DNA of 47,980 nt from Mayamaea pseudoterrestris (taxonomy: Eukaryota), in assembly GCA_027923505.1 (NCBI GenBank), contig BROI01000002.1, positions 2,728,001 through 2,775,980 of the forward strand. The letters are read 5' to 3'. Below the pieces are notes generated by a model. The model had not been told where the DNA came from. It ran no database searches and worked only from the letters and a program-made list of their open reading frames with translations. Within the stretch, counting starts at the first letter, position 1. Every line of letters starts with the position of its first letter. The position numbers were made by a program, and so were the translations under genes. This document shows, in pieces, positions 10,591 through 22,770 of the stretch.

Positions 10591-11313
10591 ATGGGTGGTA
10601 AAACTTTTGGTCCTCCAGTAGTCATGGGCGACGAGTCAATCATGGTAAGCACGATTGAACGAGGACTTGGCAGCATAGCACCTTCACTGCATATTGGCAG
10701 TTCTCACACTCGTTTGTTTGCGCAGGACCCAAAGGCTCACGGCACATCTGACACTCCAGTTCAAGCTCAGTTGCGTTGGAACTGTGATCGTGAATTGGCG
10801 GATGGTATTTGCAACTTTAATCGCCACTACGCAGAAAACTCGGGTTACTTTGAAAAGATTTCGGCGTTCATGCAGGAAGCCAAGGCAGCAACGCAGCCCA
10901 TGGAATACTACGACTCGAACACTGGAAAGCTCTTGTTCACGGCACCGAAAGGGAGAAGCATGGAAGATTATCTCGTTGAAAGCAAGGCGCATGGTTGGTA
11001 AGTACTAGCAGCCGTAGTGTTAACGCATTGCTTTTCTTGCAGGTTGCTGACCCAAAATTGTCAACTTGCTTTGTAGGCCCTCGTTTAGGGATGAAGAGGT
11101 GAACTGGGAGTTTGTGCGTGTACTCCCGGATGGTGAGACTGTAAGCGTTGACGGAACTCATTTAGGTATGTGATGCAATGTAATGGCAATGTGTGGGTTT
11201 GTTCGTTTCTGATGCTCGCTAACATATTTAAACTTTTAGGCCACAATATCCCCGACAAGAGTGGTAATCGATACTGTATCAACCTGGTCTCAGTTGCAGG
11301 AAATTCTGTGTAA
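10591..11313 (+). CDS. MsrB/SelR-like (methionine-R-sulfoxide reductase fold) protein; exons 10591-10644, 10726-10997, 11078-11165, 11240-11313
   Basis: Spliced product contains GWPSF, HLGH and RYCIN, the MsrB signatures. Three GT-AG introns. Confidence 0.8.
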
Positions 11314-11378
11314 ATTAGTCAACGACTATTTGGTAGTTCTAAGTAACATCAATCGTTATTGCCAACACGTTCTACGTT

Positions 11379-12131
11379 TTACATTGTCGTGACTCCAGCC
11401 GCGTAGTTCATGTCCGTCTGATCCATGACAACGTCCGGCTTTGTAGGTGCACTTTTGACTTTCTCGTTGGCAACCTGTTCCGCAAACTTTACAGACGCTC
11501 GCTTCGAAACTAAATGGTCATGCCCGAGCTTCTTCTTGATTTCCGCTCGGTCCGCCAACGCCGACTGCTCCTTGACGACTCGAGCAAACTTGGCTGCGAT
11601 GTCTGCTTCTTCAAACGACACAATATACTGTACATCGCCCAAGGATGTTTCCAGCGAAACGGGGTGGCGACTCTGCGCTGCATCGTTCGCCTTGGCTTGC
11701 AACTGGCTCAAAGATATAGCATATTGTGGGCTCGACGAGTCATTCGAAGCAAAGACAAAAACAAACGGCCCTTTAACGAGAACGAGGACATCCGAGTTGT
11801 TCATTGAATTGCCAAAACATCCACAGCCAATGCCTTCGCTGGTGCGTTGAATGCGGCCAGTCGCTTCAAAGTCGGCTCCCTTTGTACCACGGAGTTTATC
11901 AGCCGACGCTCCGCGCTTTCCTCCAGACCTGATAGCAATTAGTAATGCATGCGTAATGAGATGTTGTAGCTGAGGATGATAGTAAAACTCATTGTTTGTT
12001 CTTTACCTGAAAAAGCTCTGTCGAGCGCTTCTGAAAATAGAGCTGGCTCGCTTCTTGCTTGCTGTTCCTGGAGTCAGCCCGTCCGAGGCTGGAGGGACAA
12101 AAGATTTCTTTTCGTCATCAGCTGTCATCAT
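11379..12131 (-). CDS. Hypothetical protein with PH-like domain; exons 12007-12131, 11379-11928
   Basis: Removing the GT-AG intron 11929-12006 gives a continuous frame MMTADDEKK...VLVKGPFVFVF...PQYAISL...AAKFARVVKE. Beta-strand pattern plus C-terminal helix resembles a PH fold. Confidence 0.65.
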
Positions 12132-12433
12132 GTTTGCTGTTTAATTAGAACACTGAGACTATCAGGTAGATGTGAAGGCAAGCCGCTATGATATGATCGA
12201 TTGTGTTCCCATGGCAGCAAGAAGTTCGTGGGGGGATGAGTACCGCAAGGACAAATGACTGTGTTTTAGCGATGTACCGTACTGCACGAGTACTTTATAA
12301 ACCTTAAGCACAATGACGACTGCGCAAGATACTGCATAATCGTTAAATGTGTGCATATTAGCTAGACTTTGCACCTTACATTTTCTGTCTAAAGGGCCGG
12401 TCGACAGTTTGATTTGTCTCGCGATGAAAGTCC

Positions 12434-14243
12434 CTATGACGGCCCTTCGTCCCGAGAAAACATGTCTCGCCAACTTTGAATCGACGGCGACGCAAACGGA
12501 GTCGCTGGAAGATAAGGCGTTCCAGCCGAGTTGCTTCCAGGGGTTTGACCCGCACCGCCGACACTGCCGGGTCGGCTGTCGGTGCCTCCCGTCGACCGAA
12601 GGTCTGGATCCGGAAACACCAATCGGAATGCTCGATGTGCAAGCCATATCCATATTAGCATCCAAAACAAAGGGATCGATAGCATTATAAGTAGAGGAAC
12701 AAGGCATGGGAACAATAGCAGCTTACAAAGCGATGCAATGGAGCTCTCGAGCGAGTATGTACGCGTATCAAACACGCGATACCGGCAAAAGCCTCGATTG
12801 TCAACTGGAAACGCCCTGTGTCGCGCAAAGTGATGAAGTAATCGATCTTTCTCCGCCCACTTCTTATCAAGCCATGACGGATCTGTTAAAAAGCACAGAG
12901 AATGAGAGACTTCAATGCGTATCCCGATCAGCGCGCGTCGTTCTGGCAACATACCTGAAAAGACCTCCTCCATGCTATAACGCTTGATTTGAACGTGAAT
13001 CTCTTTAGGAAACCTTCGCCTTAAAATGTTCCACAGAGTCAGCACGTTGAGCTTGTTCGAAGGCGGCAGCGAACCATCATAACCGGCATACGCCTGCACA
13101 GAATGATGAAAGGTCAGCACGGAGCGCATGTGTCGCAACAACACTTTTACTATCATCAATGTCACTTACCATTGTTACATCGTAGACAACCGGACTCGAC
13201 TCACGCAAGCACTCTAGACTTGCATTAAAGCCTCGAGTGCGGGGAAGCAAAAGATGTCTCAGCTGCGGTCGACCTTCCCGCTTGGCAAACTCATTGCTCT
13301 TCGCCAGCATGGATTTGCGATCAGCACCATTGTGCTGTGACCAGCCCTCTGGAAAGAATAGCAAGTGCACAGGCGCCGCGTCCGAGTATTCTGCTAGACT
13401 CCTGAGTAGCTGAAAGAGCTGGTCTCTGTTGGACATGTAGTCTTCGCCATTGATCAGTGGGAACTCGAGAAACAAATGCAAAAGCTTCGCCATGAGCGAC
13501 AAGTCTTGTGGACGGTGGTGAGGCTTATTGTGGCCACTCAAGCTCGAGCCAAGAGCACTCGGACCTGCTGGACCAGAGGCGCTCGCAGTGCTGGTAAAGG
13601 TCGGTGGTATCGAGCTCCCATGCCCATTAGTGTGTGCCCCGTTCGTTCGGACGACAGCCGTCAATGACTCTGCTTCCGGCATGCTTATTTGCAGATACTC
13701 GTTTCGTAGAAACGCCTTGACGCTTCCACGTAATCCGACGCATCGTCCCAGCATGAGAATCACCCACCAATCTCCATCCAGCAAGTGGTTCGAAACAAGA
13801 AGCGACATTCCGACCGGACTCGGTACGTCGCTGTCGCCCGTCAGATAAATCCTCGTATTCGGTAGTAGCAGTGCCAACGCATCCACAAAGGAAGCAGCTC
13901 CAAACTGTGCAGCCAACCGCCGATACAGTGGCAGAGAAAATGGTCGGACTGTCACGTACAAGACGACAAAGATCGTGGACAAGCCAGCCACGCAGACAGC
14001 TGCTAGCATTGCTGTCACCATGTCACCCAGTAGATCCAATGGTCCGCATCGAATATTGTCTTGCTGATCATATTCTTCTTCATCTCCGTTGTGGTCGTCT
14101 GGAAAATGGACGCTGCGAGCCCTACTGGATGCTGGCAGCGAACGGTTCGTTGCGCCGTCCTGTCTTGGGAACGGAACGTTGTTGCTCTTCAATGTGCGGC
14201 GATTGTTCATTACAACGAATGTTTTCTTCAAAGACGCTGACAA
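12434..14243 (-). CDS. PlsC-family lysophospholipid acyltransferase (LPAAT/LCLAT1-like); intron 13094-13169
   Basis: Motifs NHLLDGD (NHxxxxD), FFPEG, LLPRTRGF and VYDVTM|AY, plus hydrophobic segments. The start may be the second Met at 14210. Confidence 0.85.
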
Positions 14244-14789
14244 TTTACTGTAGAGGTAGCTGCTGTTTCACTTTATTGCGTGTATATCCTCGCTCGCTTG
14301 CTTCTGCCGCAAAACCGCGACCTTGGAATAAGATTCCTCCCGACCATTCTCTCGCGAGACGGACATGGGATCCTCCATGAAGAAGACGCGTCACCTTTCC
14401 ATCGGAGCTCCCATCGCGAAACAATTCTGAAGTTGAAAAGCCCTTCCACGCTGACGCGCGTGAACTTAGAGTCGCACCGTTAATTATGAGTCATTTTGAC
14501 GCCCGAAAGTTCCGATCCATGGTGCCTCTGGCACGCGCTGCAAGCGTGTGCTTGCGGGATCTTTTCAGGCTATTTCTACGTGTAGCAAGCACGGCATCTT
14601 TTGCTCCTTCTGCTGCTCTAGGCTTGGAAGAACGAAAGTACAAACGGTTGTACGGTACAGACGAGATGGCGCTGAAAAAAGCACGATGTACGCGCGCACG
14701 CTGAATGCTTGCGACTTGGTGCATCGCTCGGCGCCACGAATACATGATATAGGTCGTATAAAAGTAGATCCGATGACGACGACTATAGC

Positions 14790-15470
14790 TTACTTTTGCA
14801 AGTGCTTATCAACCGTCTCGCGTAGTGTATTAATCACGCCTTGTCGGTCGTCCGAGCCAAAGATTGCACTGGCTGCGACCACCACATTGGCGCCGCTGGA
14901 TGCAGCCTCTTCAATCGTCGATGGACTTAATCCACCATCCACTTGAATGTTTAAAGAAGGATACTTTTCTCTCAAAGTCTTTACCTTTGGCATCATTTCC
15001 GGCATGAACTTTTGCCCACTAAAGCCCGGCTCGACCGTCATAATGAGAACCATGTCCAGCTTGTCAACATAGGGAAACAACGTTTCGACCGGCGTGCCGG
15101 GCTTGATCACCATACCAACATGCATGCCAGCGTCGCGGATCATGCGAATCATGGCATTCGGGTCGTTCTCAGGCAGTTCGCTTTCCAAGTGAAACGTCAA
15201 GCAGCTTGCACCTGCTTCCTTGAGCGGCTGGACCCACTTGTATGGCTCCGAAACCATCAAGTGACAGTCTAAATACGCTTCAGGACAAGCCTTGTGTAGA
15301 CTCGCAATCACTGGTGGTCCAAACGACAAGTTTGGGACAAAGTGGCCATCCATTAAATCCATGTGAAGGTAGTCGGCGCCCATGCGAAGCATTTCCTTGG
15401 CATCGTCCGCCAGTCGAGCAAGATCACACGATAAGAGTGAAGGGCAGATGATTGATTTAACGTTTGACAT
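14790..15470 (-). CDS. RPE: Ribulose-phosphate 3-epimerase (no presequence, likely cytosolic)
   Basis: ICPSLLSCD, HMDLMDGHFVPNLSFG, DCHLMV, MTVEPGFSGQKFM and VDGG motifs. Confidence 0.97.
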   Translation of the reverse strand: MSNVKSIICPSLLSCDLARLADDAKEMLRMGADYLHMDLMDGHFVPNLSFGPPVIASLHKACPEAYLDCHLMVSEPYKWVQPLKEAGASCLTFHLESELPENDPNAMIRMIRDAGMHVGMVIKPGTPVETLFPYVDKLDMVLIMTVEPGFSGQKFMPEMMPKVKTLREKYPSLNIQVDGGLSPSTIEEAASSGANVVVAASAIFGSDDRQGVINTLRETVDKHLQK

Positions 15471-15786
15471 CTTGCAAAAGTAAGTTGTGTATGTTTGTGC
15501 ACTATATAGTGTGAATGAATCTGGATAATGGAACGATTTGCAAAGTGGATGGACGAAGGCGATGGACGTCGAAATCGATGTCGCTTGTCGCATCACTACT
15601 CGCGAAGTAGCTATCATACGACTACTAGAATGACCGTCGGCAGGTACAAGTCAATACTTCGACGTCAAATGATACTGTGAGTTGTTTGTAAGCTTTATAC
15701 TGACTATCAATTCTACTGCATGAATTACCGGCACTGTGCATACAAGACGCCAGAAGAGTTCGGAAACTCTTCAGAGCACCAAATGC

Positions 15787-18255
15787 TTAGATGTCATCTT
15801 CGTCAACTTCCTCATCGTCTGCGCCATCATCAAAGAAGAAATAGTTGCCCGACTTCTTCTGTTCCGAATCCTTTTGAGAATTCTTCTTGTTAATTCTGTG
15901 GTGGACAAGTGGGTCGGGTAAGTTTCAGAGTGGTCACAATGATACGAATAGCAATGCAAAATGGGATGTCAGAAATTAAAACATAAGACTTGCTCCTCTC
16001 ACAACCGACGCCAAAACGGCGCTCACAGAAATCTGCGACAAAGGTATCAAGGTTGTTTTCGCGTCACACATGCCGTCGAATGCGGCTTAGCACGAAAGGA
16101 GCTTACCTCGGACGATGATTAATGGGATCACGTCGGAACGTAACTTCCAGACTCTTCAGAAACTGATTCATTCCCGTCAACAACGACTGGGGACAAGATG
16201 CAGTAGCCTCAATTCCGGGGTTACCGTGGTACACAACGACGCGATCAGCAAGGTAGGTGGCCATGATGAAATCGTGCTCGACAATGAAGGCAGTCTTCTT
16301 GCTGTGCATGATGAAACGTTTGATAACTTTCGCACAGTTCAGTCGCTGCTCCGAATCCAGATAAGCACTAGGTTCATCGATCAAATAGACATCCGCTGGA
16401 GTACCGAGCGCAAGAACAATCGCCAGCCGTTGCAATTCACCACCAGACAGATTCTGTACGCCGTTGTCAATGATACTTTCCATGGCAAGAGGCTTCATCA
16501 CGTCGGATATGAATTGCGGGTGGATGTAGGCATCCCGGATTCGCTTGTGCAGTAGCTGTCGAACGGTGCCTTGAAACTTTGGCGAAATCTTTTGGGGCTT
16601 GTAGCTCACATTTAGGTCGGGAACGCCTGCCAAAGAGGCTTCGTAATCAAAGCCCTCCTCCTCTAGCCTCGTCTGCTCATCGCTCTTGAGCAGACCAGCA
16701 AGCATACGGACGAAAGTTGTCTTGCCAGTGCCGTTCTCACCCAGCAAGACAATAATTTCGCTGTCAGTGAATTGTCCAGCTTGTACGTTCAATTTGAACG
16801 AAGATCCTTCACGAGTTTGAACCTTCGTCATGTCAGGATAGCTATACTGCTTTAGAGTCGAGTCTTTATCAGCCGCCACCGAGTCAGCGCGTTCAGATAC
16901 CTGACAGCAAAAATGCAAAACATTAGCTACGCGTCAAAACATGTTTTCACGCCACATTGTTGCGACTAAACATACCTTAAATGTGAGAGCATGGTCGCGG
17001 AACCTCAAGTTCTCTGAACTCAGAAAGCCAGATAAGAAGGCGTTAATGCCATAGCGCACGCTCATTGGCATTGTGACAACACCATAGCCTCCAGCCTGTC
17101 CATACAAGACGCACACAAAGTCGCTCAAATAGTCGAGAACCGCCAAGTCGTGCTCTACGACAATGACATAGCGACGATCTCCATCGCCTGATTCCAAAAT
17201 CTGGCGAATCATTGTTGCGGCCGTGAGGCGCTGCTTTACATCCAGGTAAGAAGACGGCTCGTCAAACATGTAAACGTCAGACACTTGAACAGCAACAATG
17301 GAAATGGCGAATCGCTGCAGCTCTCCTCCAGATAGCACTTTAATGTCGCGGTCCAGCAAATGATTTAATTCGGCCTCGGTCGCAGCCCAGCCCATGACAT
17401 CCCAGCCTTCTACTTCGGAGCGCTGGAGAATGAAGAGATGTGTAATGAGATACAGCGTAAGTCGCACGAACGAATGTGGACGCAAAGTCAGATGTCACAC
17501 CAACATGACGTCGCAATTAGCATTACTCACCTCATCCTTCAGCTTGAGAATCTCGCCCACTGTTCCTTTGATGGCTTTCGGAATGTGGTCTACATACTGA
17601 GGCTTAATAGTGGCCTTCATCGTGTCTTCAAGAATCTTGGTAAAGTAATTCTGAAGCTCGCTTCCTCGGAAATGGACCAAAATTTCCTCCCAGTCGGGCG
17701 GTGTATCGTAGCGCCCCAGATTTGGCTTCAACTTGCCAGCCAAGATTTTAATGGCAGTAGACTTTCCAATACCATTGGTTCCGACTAATCCCAGCACTTG
17801 GCCCGGTCGGGGCATGGGAAGGCGATGTAGTTTAAACGCGTTCGGACCATATCGATGCGTCGTGTTGCGCTCCAAATCCTTGGGAAGATTGATAATGGAA
17901 ATCGCTTCAAATGGACATTTCTTTGTGCAGATACCGCAGCCTGATATAAACGTGATGGATGGAGGAAAAATTAGATCATGGTCGTGCAGCGTATAGTCCG
18001 TAGCTGTTGTCGTCATCCAAATGACGAAAGCTTCTTCGTTTACTCACCAATGCACAAGGGTTCCGATATGAATGACACCTTGCTCTTAACAGTAACTTCA
18101 ATGCACATCTTTCCTTGCTTGACAACGGGACACGACTTTTTACATTCCTGTCGACACTTCTTGGGCTTGCATCGTTCTGCGTTCACAATGGCAATGCGTG
18201 TGAGCGTCTCCAGCTCTTCGTCGCCCTTCTTTCCGGCTGCCTTTTTCGGAGGCAT
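15787..18255 (-). CDS. ABCE1: ABCE1/RLI1 ribosome-recycling Fe-S ATPase; exons 18048-18255, 17531-17940, 16976-17422, 16107-16900, 15787-15895
   Basis: N-terminal Fe-S cysteines ([27 protein letters not shown]), two Walker A motifs ([16 protein letters not shown]), two LSGGELQ signatures, and C-terminal TFRRD...RPRINK...[10 protein letters not shown]. Confidence 0.97.
15963..16074 (-). ncRNA. Candidate intronic box C/D snoRNA in the last ABCE1 intron
   Basis: Terminal stem GGCATG/CATCCC, degenerate box C GTGACGC (16061-16067), box D CTGA (15969-15972). Box D is preceded by TATGTTTTAATT, complementary to the conserved LSU rRNA stretch AATTAAAACA(T/A)A. The intron is about twice the length of its neighbours. 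Confidence 0.6.
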
Positions 18256-18656
18256 TTCGTTTGCTTTATGGAATGACGAGTGTCTTTTGAAGCACTTCAA
18301 CTGGAAAGCAGTCGATGTATACACGACAGTTGATGTAAAAAGCAGCGACGTTGCTCGTTTGATGTGTGTGAAGGAAAAGGCGCGGAACGAGCGGTCGACG
18401 CATTATCGTCTGCCATGCGCCCGGTTTATTTTAGCTACTTGTACTGCAACGGCACTTGACAATTATATCTTCGATAGTGTTACAATTACACTACGCAAAG
18501 CAAAAGTGGTGTATATGTTTAACTTAAAGCATTACTGCTGCACATGAAAAAGTAGATTGAATCATTTATTGAGCTCCAATCGTTGGCCTTTCAAAAGTCT
18601 AGAGCAAGAGTCAAGCTCCGCCCAATCCCACCGTGGTGAAAGGATTTGGTAGCTTG

Positions 18657-19890
18657 CTATGCCAAAACTCCGCCATCAACTTCGCTTTCGTCTCGATGTC
18701 GCGACTTGGATCGTCTCGATGAGGATGACTTTGTTCGTTCCGACTTGTCCCTCGTCTTGCTCTTGGAGCGACTTGACCGGTCGTCTCTTTTGCTTCGCTT
18801 CTTGCTCGATTGTCTGTACTTGCGCTGCATTAAAGCTCGGCGCCTTCGTCGGTTGGTAAACAAGATGCCTGTAAACATGACAAAGGATGCAAGCAGTAGC
18901 ATGCCGGCAACTACATACTTGAGCTTGGTCAGCCAAGTCTTGGCTGAAAGGCCCACAGACGAGGAAATGCGATTGGTCTTGGTCGTATGAGTTCGCCTCG
19001 ACTTCATGTAATTGTTGTCCGTACAAAGGTCGCTATCGAGAGAGGAGCAGCTATCCGACGTCTTCATGAGCACGTTTGCAAGGCCACCATTGTCGTCGTC
19101 ATTTGCATTGTTACTCTTGTGCACAGTAGCACACGACCGATACTGTTTCAGCGCGCGATTGAGGGTGCGCAGATTATCGTACACGCTTCCAGTCGGATTG
19201 GTGCAGTACGCATCGTTGTAGTATTCCAGCGCAAAGTATCCATCGTCGGTGCAACCGAGACCAACGTATTTGCCATTGTACTGCTCGCACATTGGTAGGT
19301 TGTCGTAGTTAGCTTCGCCATCCTCCTCAGCGTCGTCGGTTGCAACGTAATATCCAAAGGCATTATTGTTGTCGTATTCCGAAAGGTAGTAAATAAATTC
19401 CGAGACACCCTCTTTCGTTATGAACTAACGAATCGAAGGAAATGAGATACGTGAGCTTAGACAGTTTGTTACACAAGCAGATCCCCAAGCCAATCAAGAA
19501 CTAACGTACCGTCTCTCTAAAATTAGAGCTGGAGCAGCTCGTACCCGAGTATAGCCCAAAGACAGCTTGTGCACGTCGACAATTGGCCATCATGTACCAA
19601 TACTGCGTTCCGTCCTCGCTCGATCGCTCCAAGCAAGCGCCATCTTCTGCGTCCTTTACAAAGCCCCAGACGCAGCCCATGAGTTTCATTGAAACTGCCG
19701 ATCCATCATATAGCCAGTCTCGCGTCAGTTTATTGCCGTAAATGCTTGAATCCGATGTATCAGATTCACCGTTGCCCCACGCTGCAGCTTGCAGGGCGAG
19801 CAATGAAAGTAAAGTCGTTGTAAAGACCGCTCTGAGCTCGCATCTGCACGAAGTTCTCTTTCGGGTATTTATCAGTGATATATCCTTCAT
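18657..19890 (-). CDS. Hypothetical Cys-rich single-pass membrane protein with basic Ser/Arg/Lys-rich tail; intron 19425-19509
   Basis: Signal-like stretch (LLSLLALQAAA-W), Cys/Tyr/Asp-rich ectodomain and TM segment YVVAGMLLLASFVMFTGILF. Splicing joins the two ORFs in frame. Confidence 0.8.
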
Positions 19891-20443
19891 ATTTTAATTC
19901 TGTTCGAGAACGTGGACGACTGGTGCGTGACCTTTGGCTGTCCCTTGGCGTTGAAAAAGTTGTTGCGTTTGCTTGACGCAAGACTCGAGCTTTGCCGCAA
20001 TTTTCGCAGCAACTATTAATCCTCAGAGCTAAAGGAGCTGCAAGGATGTTATACAATCTTCTATTGATGGGTATGGAAAGCGTGAACGAGGTGATACTGT
20101 CGAAGGAGGTAAGCAAGCCTACGATAGCAATCGTCGACTTTGGTTTGCTGCCGAGACGCCCCGGCATCGCCAATCAGCACGGGTGCTGGTTGGCAGAGGC
20201 TTATGTATATTTAACCGTTTGTAACGTCCAACGCACGCAGTGGGTAACGGCGAGCGTCTGTCCGGTAAGCCTTAACTCCCAAGTTGAAACGATCTTGACG
20301 CAAGGTTTTCAATTCGTTCCGTCGACATCACGATGGAACATGGATCATCCCTTCTTTCGAACACCGTGTCAAAGATCCCCACAAAGCGTCGTTCGATGCT
20401 TCGCAAAGCTGATCATAACTTTCATTAGTCGACGTTCAACACA

Positions 20444-22539
20444 ATGCTGCTTTCCTGTTTAGAAACGGCGTCGTCCTCCGACTTTAGTCTGAAAAACTTG
20501 CCGCTCGGTGTGTTCAGTACCAAGCTGCCGCTTGTAGTCCACCCTCGCTGCTGCACGCGACTTGGAGACATTATCATTGACTTGGCCGTGCTTGAAGAGG
20601 CTGGTTTATTTGAAGACATTCCCGGTTTGAGCTCGCAAGTATTTTGCCGAGACACCCTGAATGCCTTTTTGGAACATCCTCGTCCAGTCTGGATTGCCTT
20701 TCGCCAGCACTTGACTGAACTATTGACTGGGAATATTCTCAATGCCTTTCATGCTGATCACAAACTACAAGAGGCTTCTTTTCACCTTGTCACGGAGGTG
20801 GAGCTCCATCTTCCGATTAGGATTGGAGACTATACAGATTTCTACGCAAGCCGAGAGCATGCGACGAATGTTGGGTACGTGTACCAAAAGATTATCCTGT
20901 GCCGCATCGAACATCAATGATTAATAGCGTTTTTACTGTTAATTTTTACAGCACCATGTTTCGAGGCAAGGATAATGCGCTGCAGCCTAATTGGTTGCAC
21001 TTGCCGGTGGGATACCATGGTCGGTCGTCTACGGTTGTTGTCTCGGGTACACCGATTCGGCGTCCGTGCGGCCAGCTACAAAAGGATCCAAGTGATCCTG
21101 AGCAAGGAAGTGTTCATGGACCATGCAAGCGACTAGATTTTGAGTTGGAAATGGCCGCTGTTGTTGGAGGTCCACCGAATCTAATTGGGCAGCCAATGAC
21201 TTTGGAGCAAGCTAAGGAACGAGTGTTTGGTTTCATGCTCATGAACGACTGGTCTGCGCGCGATATTCAAAAATGGGAGTATGTCCCTTTAGGACCCTTC
21301 ACGTCCAAGAACTTTGCGACGACGGTCTCCCCGTGGATTGTCACGTCGCTTGCTCTCGAAGACTTTGTAGCGCCAACATCTGCCGGGCAGCAAGACAATC
21401 CAGTTCCGCTCCCATATCTGCAGGATCCCAGCTATTCTTCGTACGACGTGGACCTTACGGTGGCAATTGAGACTTTGAAACAAGATGAGCCGGTTGTCGT
21501 TTGTCGCTCAAATCTGACCAATGTGTATTGGACGGCGGCGCAGCAACTTGTGCATCACTCGGTGACTGGATGCTCTATGAAGGCTGGCGATTTGTTGGGC
21601 AGCGGCACAATCTCAGGCAGCAAACCGGATTCTTTTGGGAGCATGCTTGAATTGAGCTGGAATGCGACGAAGGATGTGGCGCTAGGCGATGAGACGCGCA
21701 AGTTTCTGGAGGACGGCGACAGGGTGATTATGAGCGGACGGTGCGAGAAACCAGGAGCTGGCAGAATTGGTTTCGGAGAGTGTGCTGGAATGATATTACC
21801 GGCAGTGCACAGCGACATGATCCATCCCATTGCTCATTTGAGCGCAAAGGAACGCTATGGACAGTTCAAGCTTTACAGCTACTGGCGATCCTCAAGCGCA
21901 TGGCGTGTTCGCATCGCTTTGGCTGCCAAGGGACTTTCATTCGAAACCATTCCTGTTGATATAACAAAGGGCGAGCATAAGACGGTTGAGTATCTCACCA
22001 AGAATCCTCACGGACAAGTTCCCTGTTTAGAATGTGTTGACAATGTGTCTGGCATTTCTCTTACTCTGACGCAGTCTGTCGCTATCATCGAGTTTCTCGA
22101 CATGGCGTTTTTAACTCGTCGTCAATTGTTTCCTTCTGATTCTGCCGATAAGGCTGCTGCACTGGAGATGGTGGAAGTGATCAACTCTGGAACGCAGCCG
22201 CTTCAGAACATTTTCTTCCTACGCGCTATTGAAGTCAAGTCAGGAGGCCAAGTTGTGGCAGTCGACGAAGCCAAGCGAGTCATTGAGTATGGTTTGTTGA
22301 CACTGGAGTCGCTCGTGAAGAAGCGGTTGGAAGTATGCAAGGGTCCTTACTGCTTGGGAAGTTTTTCACCCACAGTTGTTGATGCGTTTCTTGTTCCTCA
22401 AATGTACAATGCTCGTCGGTTTGAGGTTGATGTAGAGCGCATTTGTCCAACCTTGGTGGCGATTGATAAGTTGTGCTTTGTACATGCATGGTTCAAGCCC
22501 TCCCATCCAAGCGCGCAGCCGGACTTTCGCGATGAGTAG
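20444..22539 (+). CDS. FAH: Fumarylacetoacetase fused to maleylacetoacetate isomerase (GST zeta); intron 20875-20951
   Basis: FAH motifs SDFSLKNLPLGVF, DYTDFYAS..HATNVG, LDFELE, NDWSARDIQKWEYVPLGPF and GDLLGSGTISG. They are followed in frame by GSTZ motifs LYSYWRSSSAWRVRIAL, NPHGQVP, QSVAII, SGTQPLQN and HPSAQPD. Confidence 0.95.
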
Positions 22540-22770
22540 ATACTTAGATCATTATCTTACGTCTTCTACATATACTTAACGTTGTATACATCATTAAGAG
22601 TCTTTCTACTACCTTAGGTAGTACAGTACTGTACGGGTACCAATATAGCAGCGGATTGAGTACCTCTGCGACTACTTGTGACACGACGACCCTGCGACTG
22701 CTTGTGACACGACGACCAAGCCATTCGTTCTGCCAGAAATGCGATCTCACTTTTCCTTGCGCGATGGACC

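Noticed and set aside
14280..14946. Short ORFs between the acyltransferase and RPE
   Set aside because: No motifs, partly antisense to RPE; likely promoter and 3' UTR sequence.
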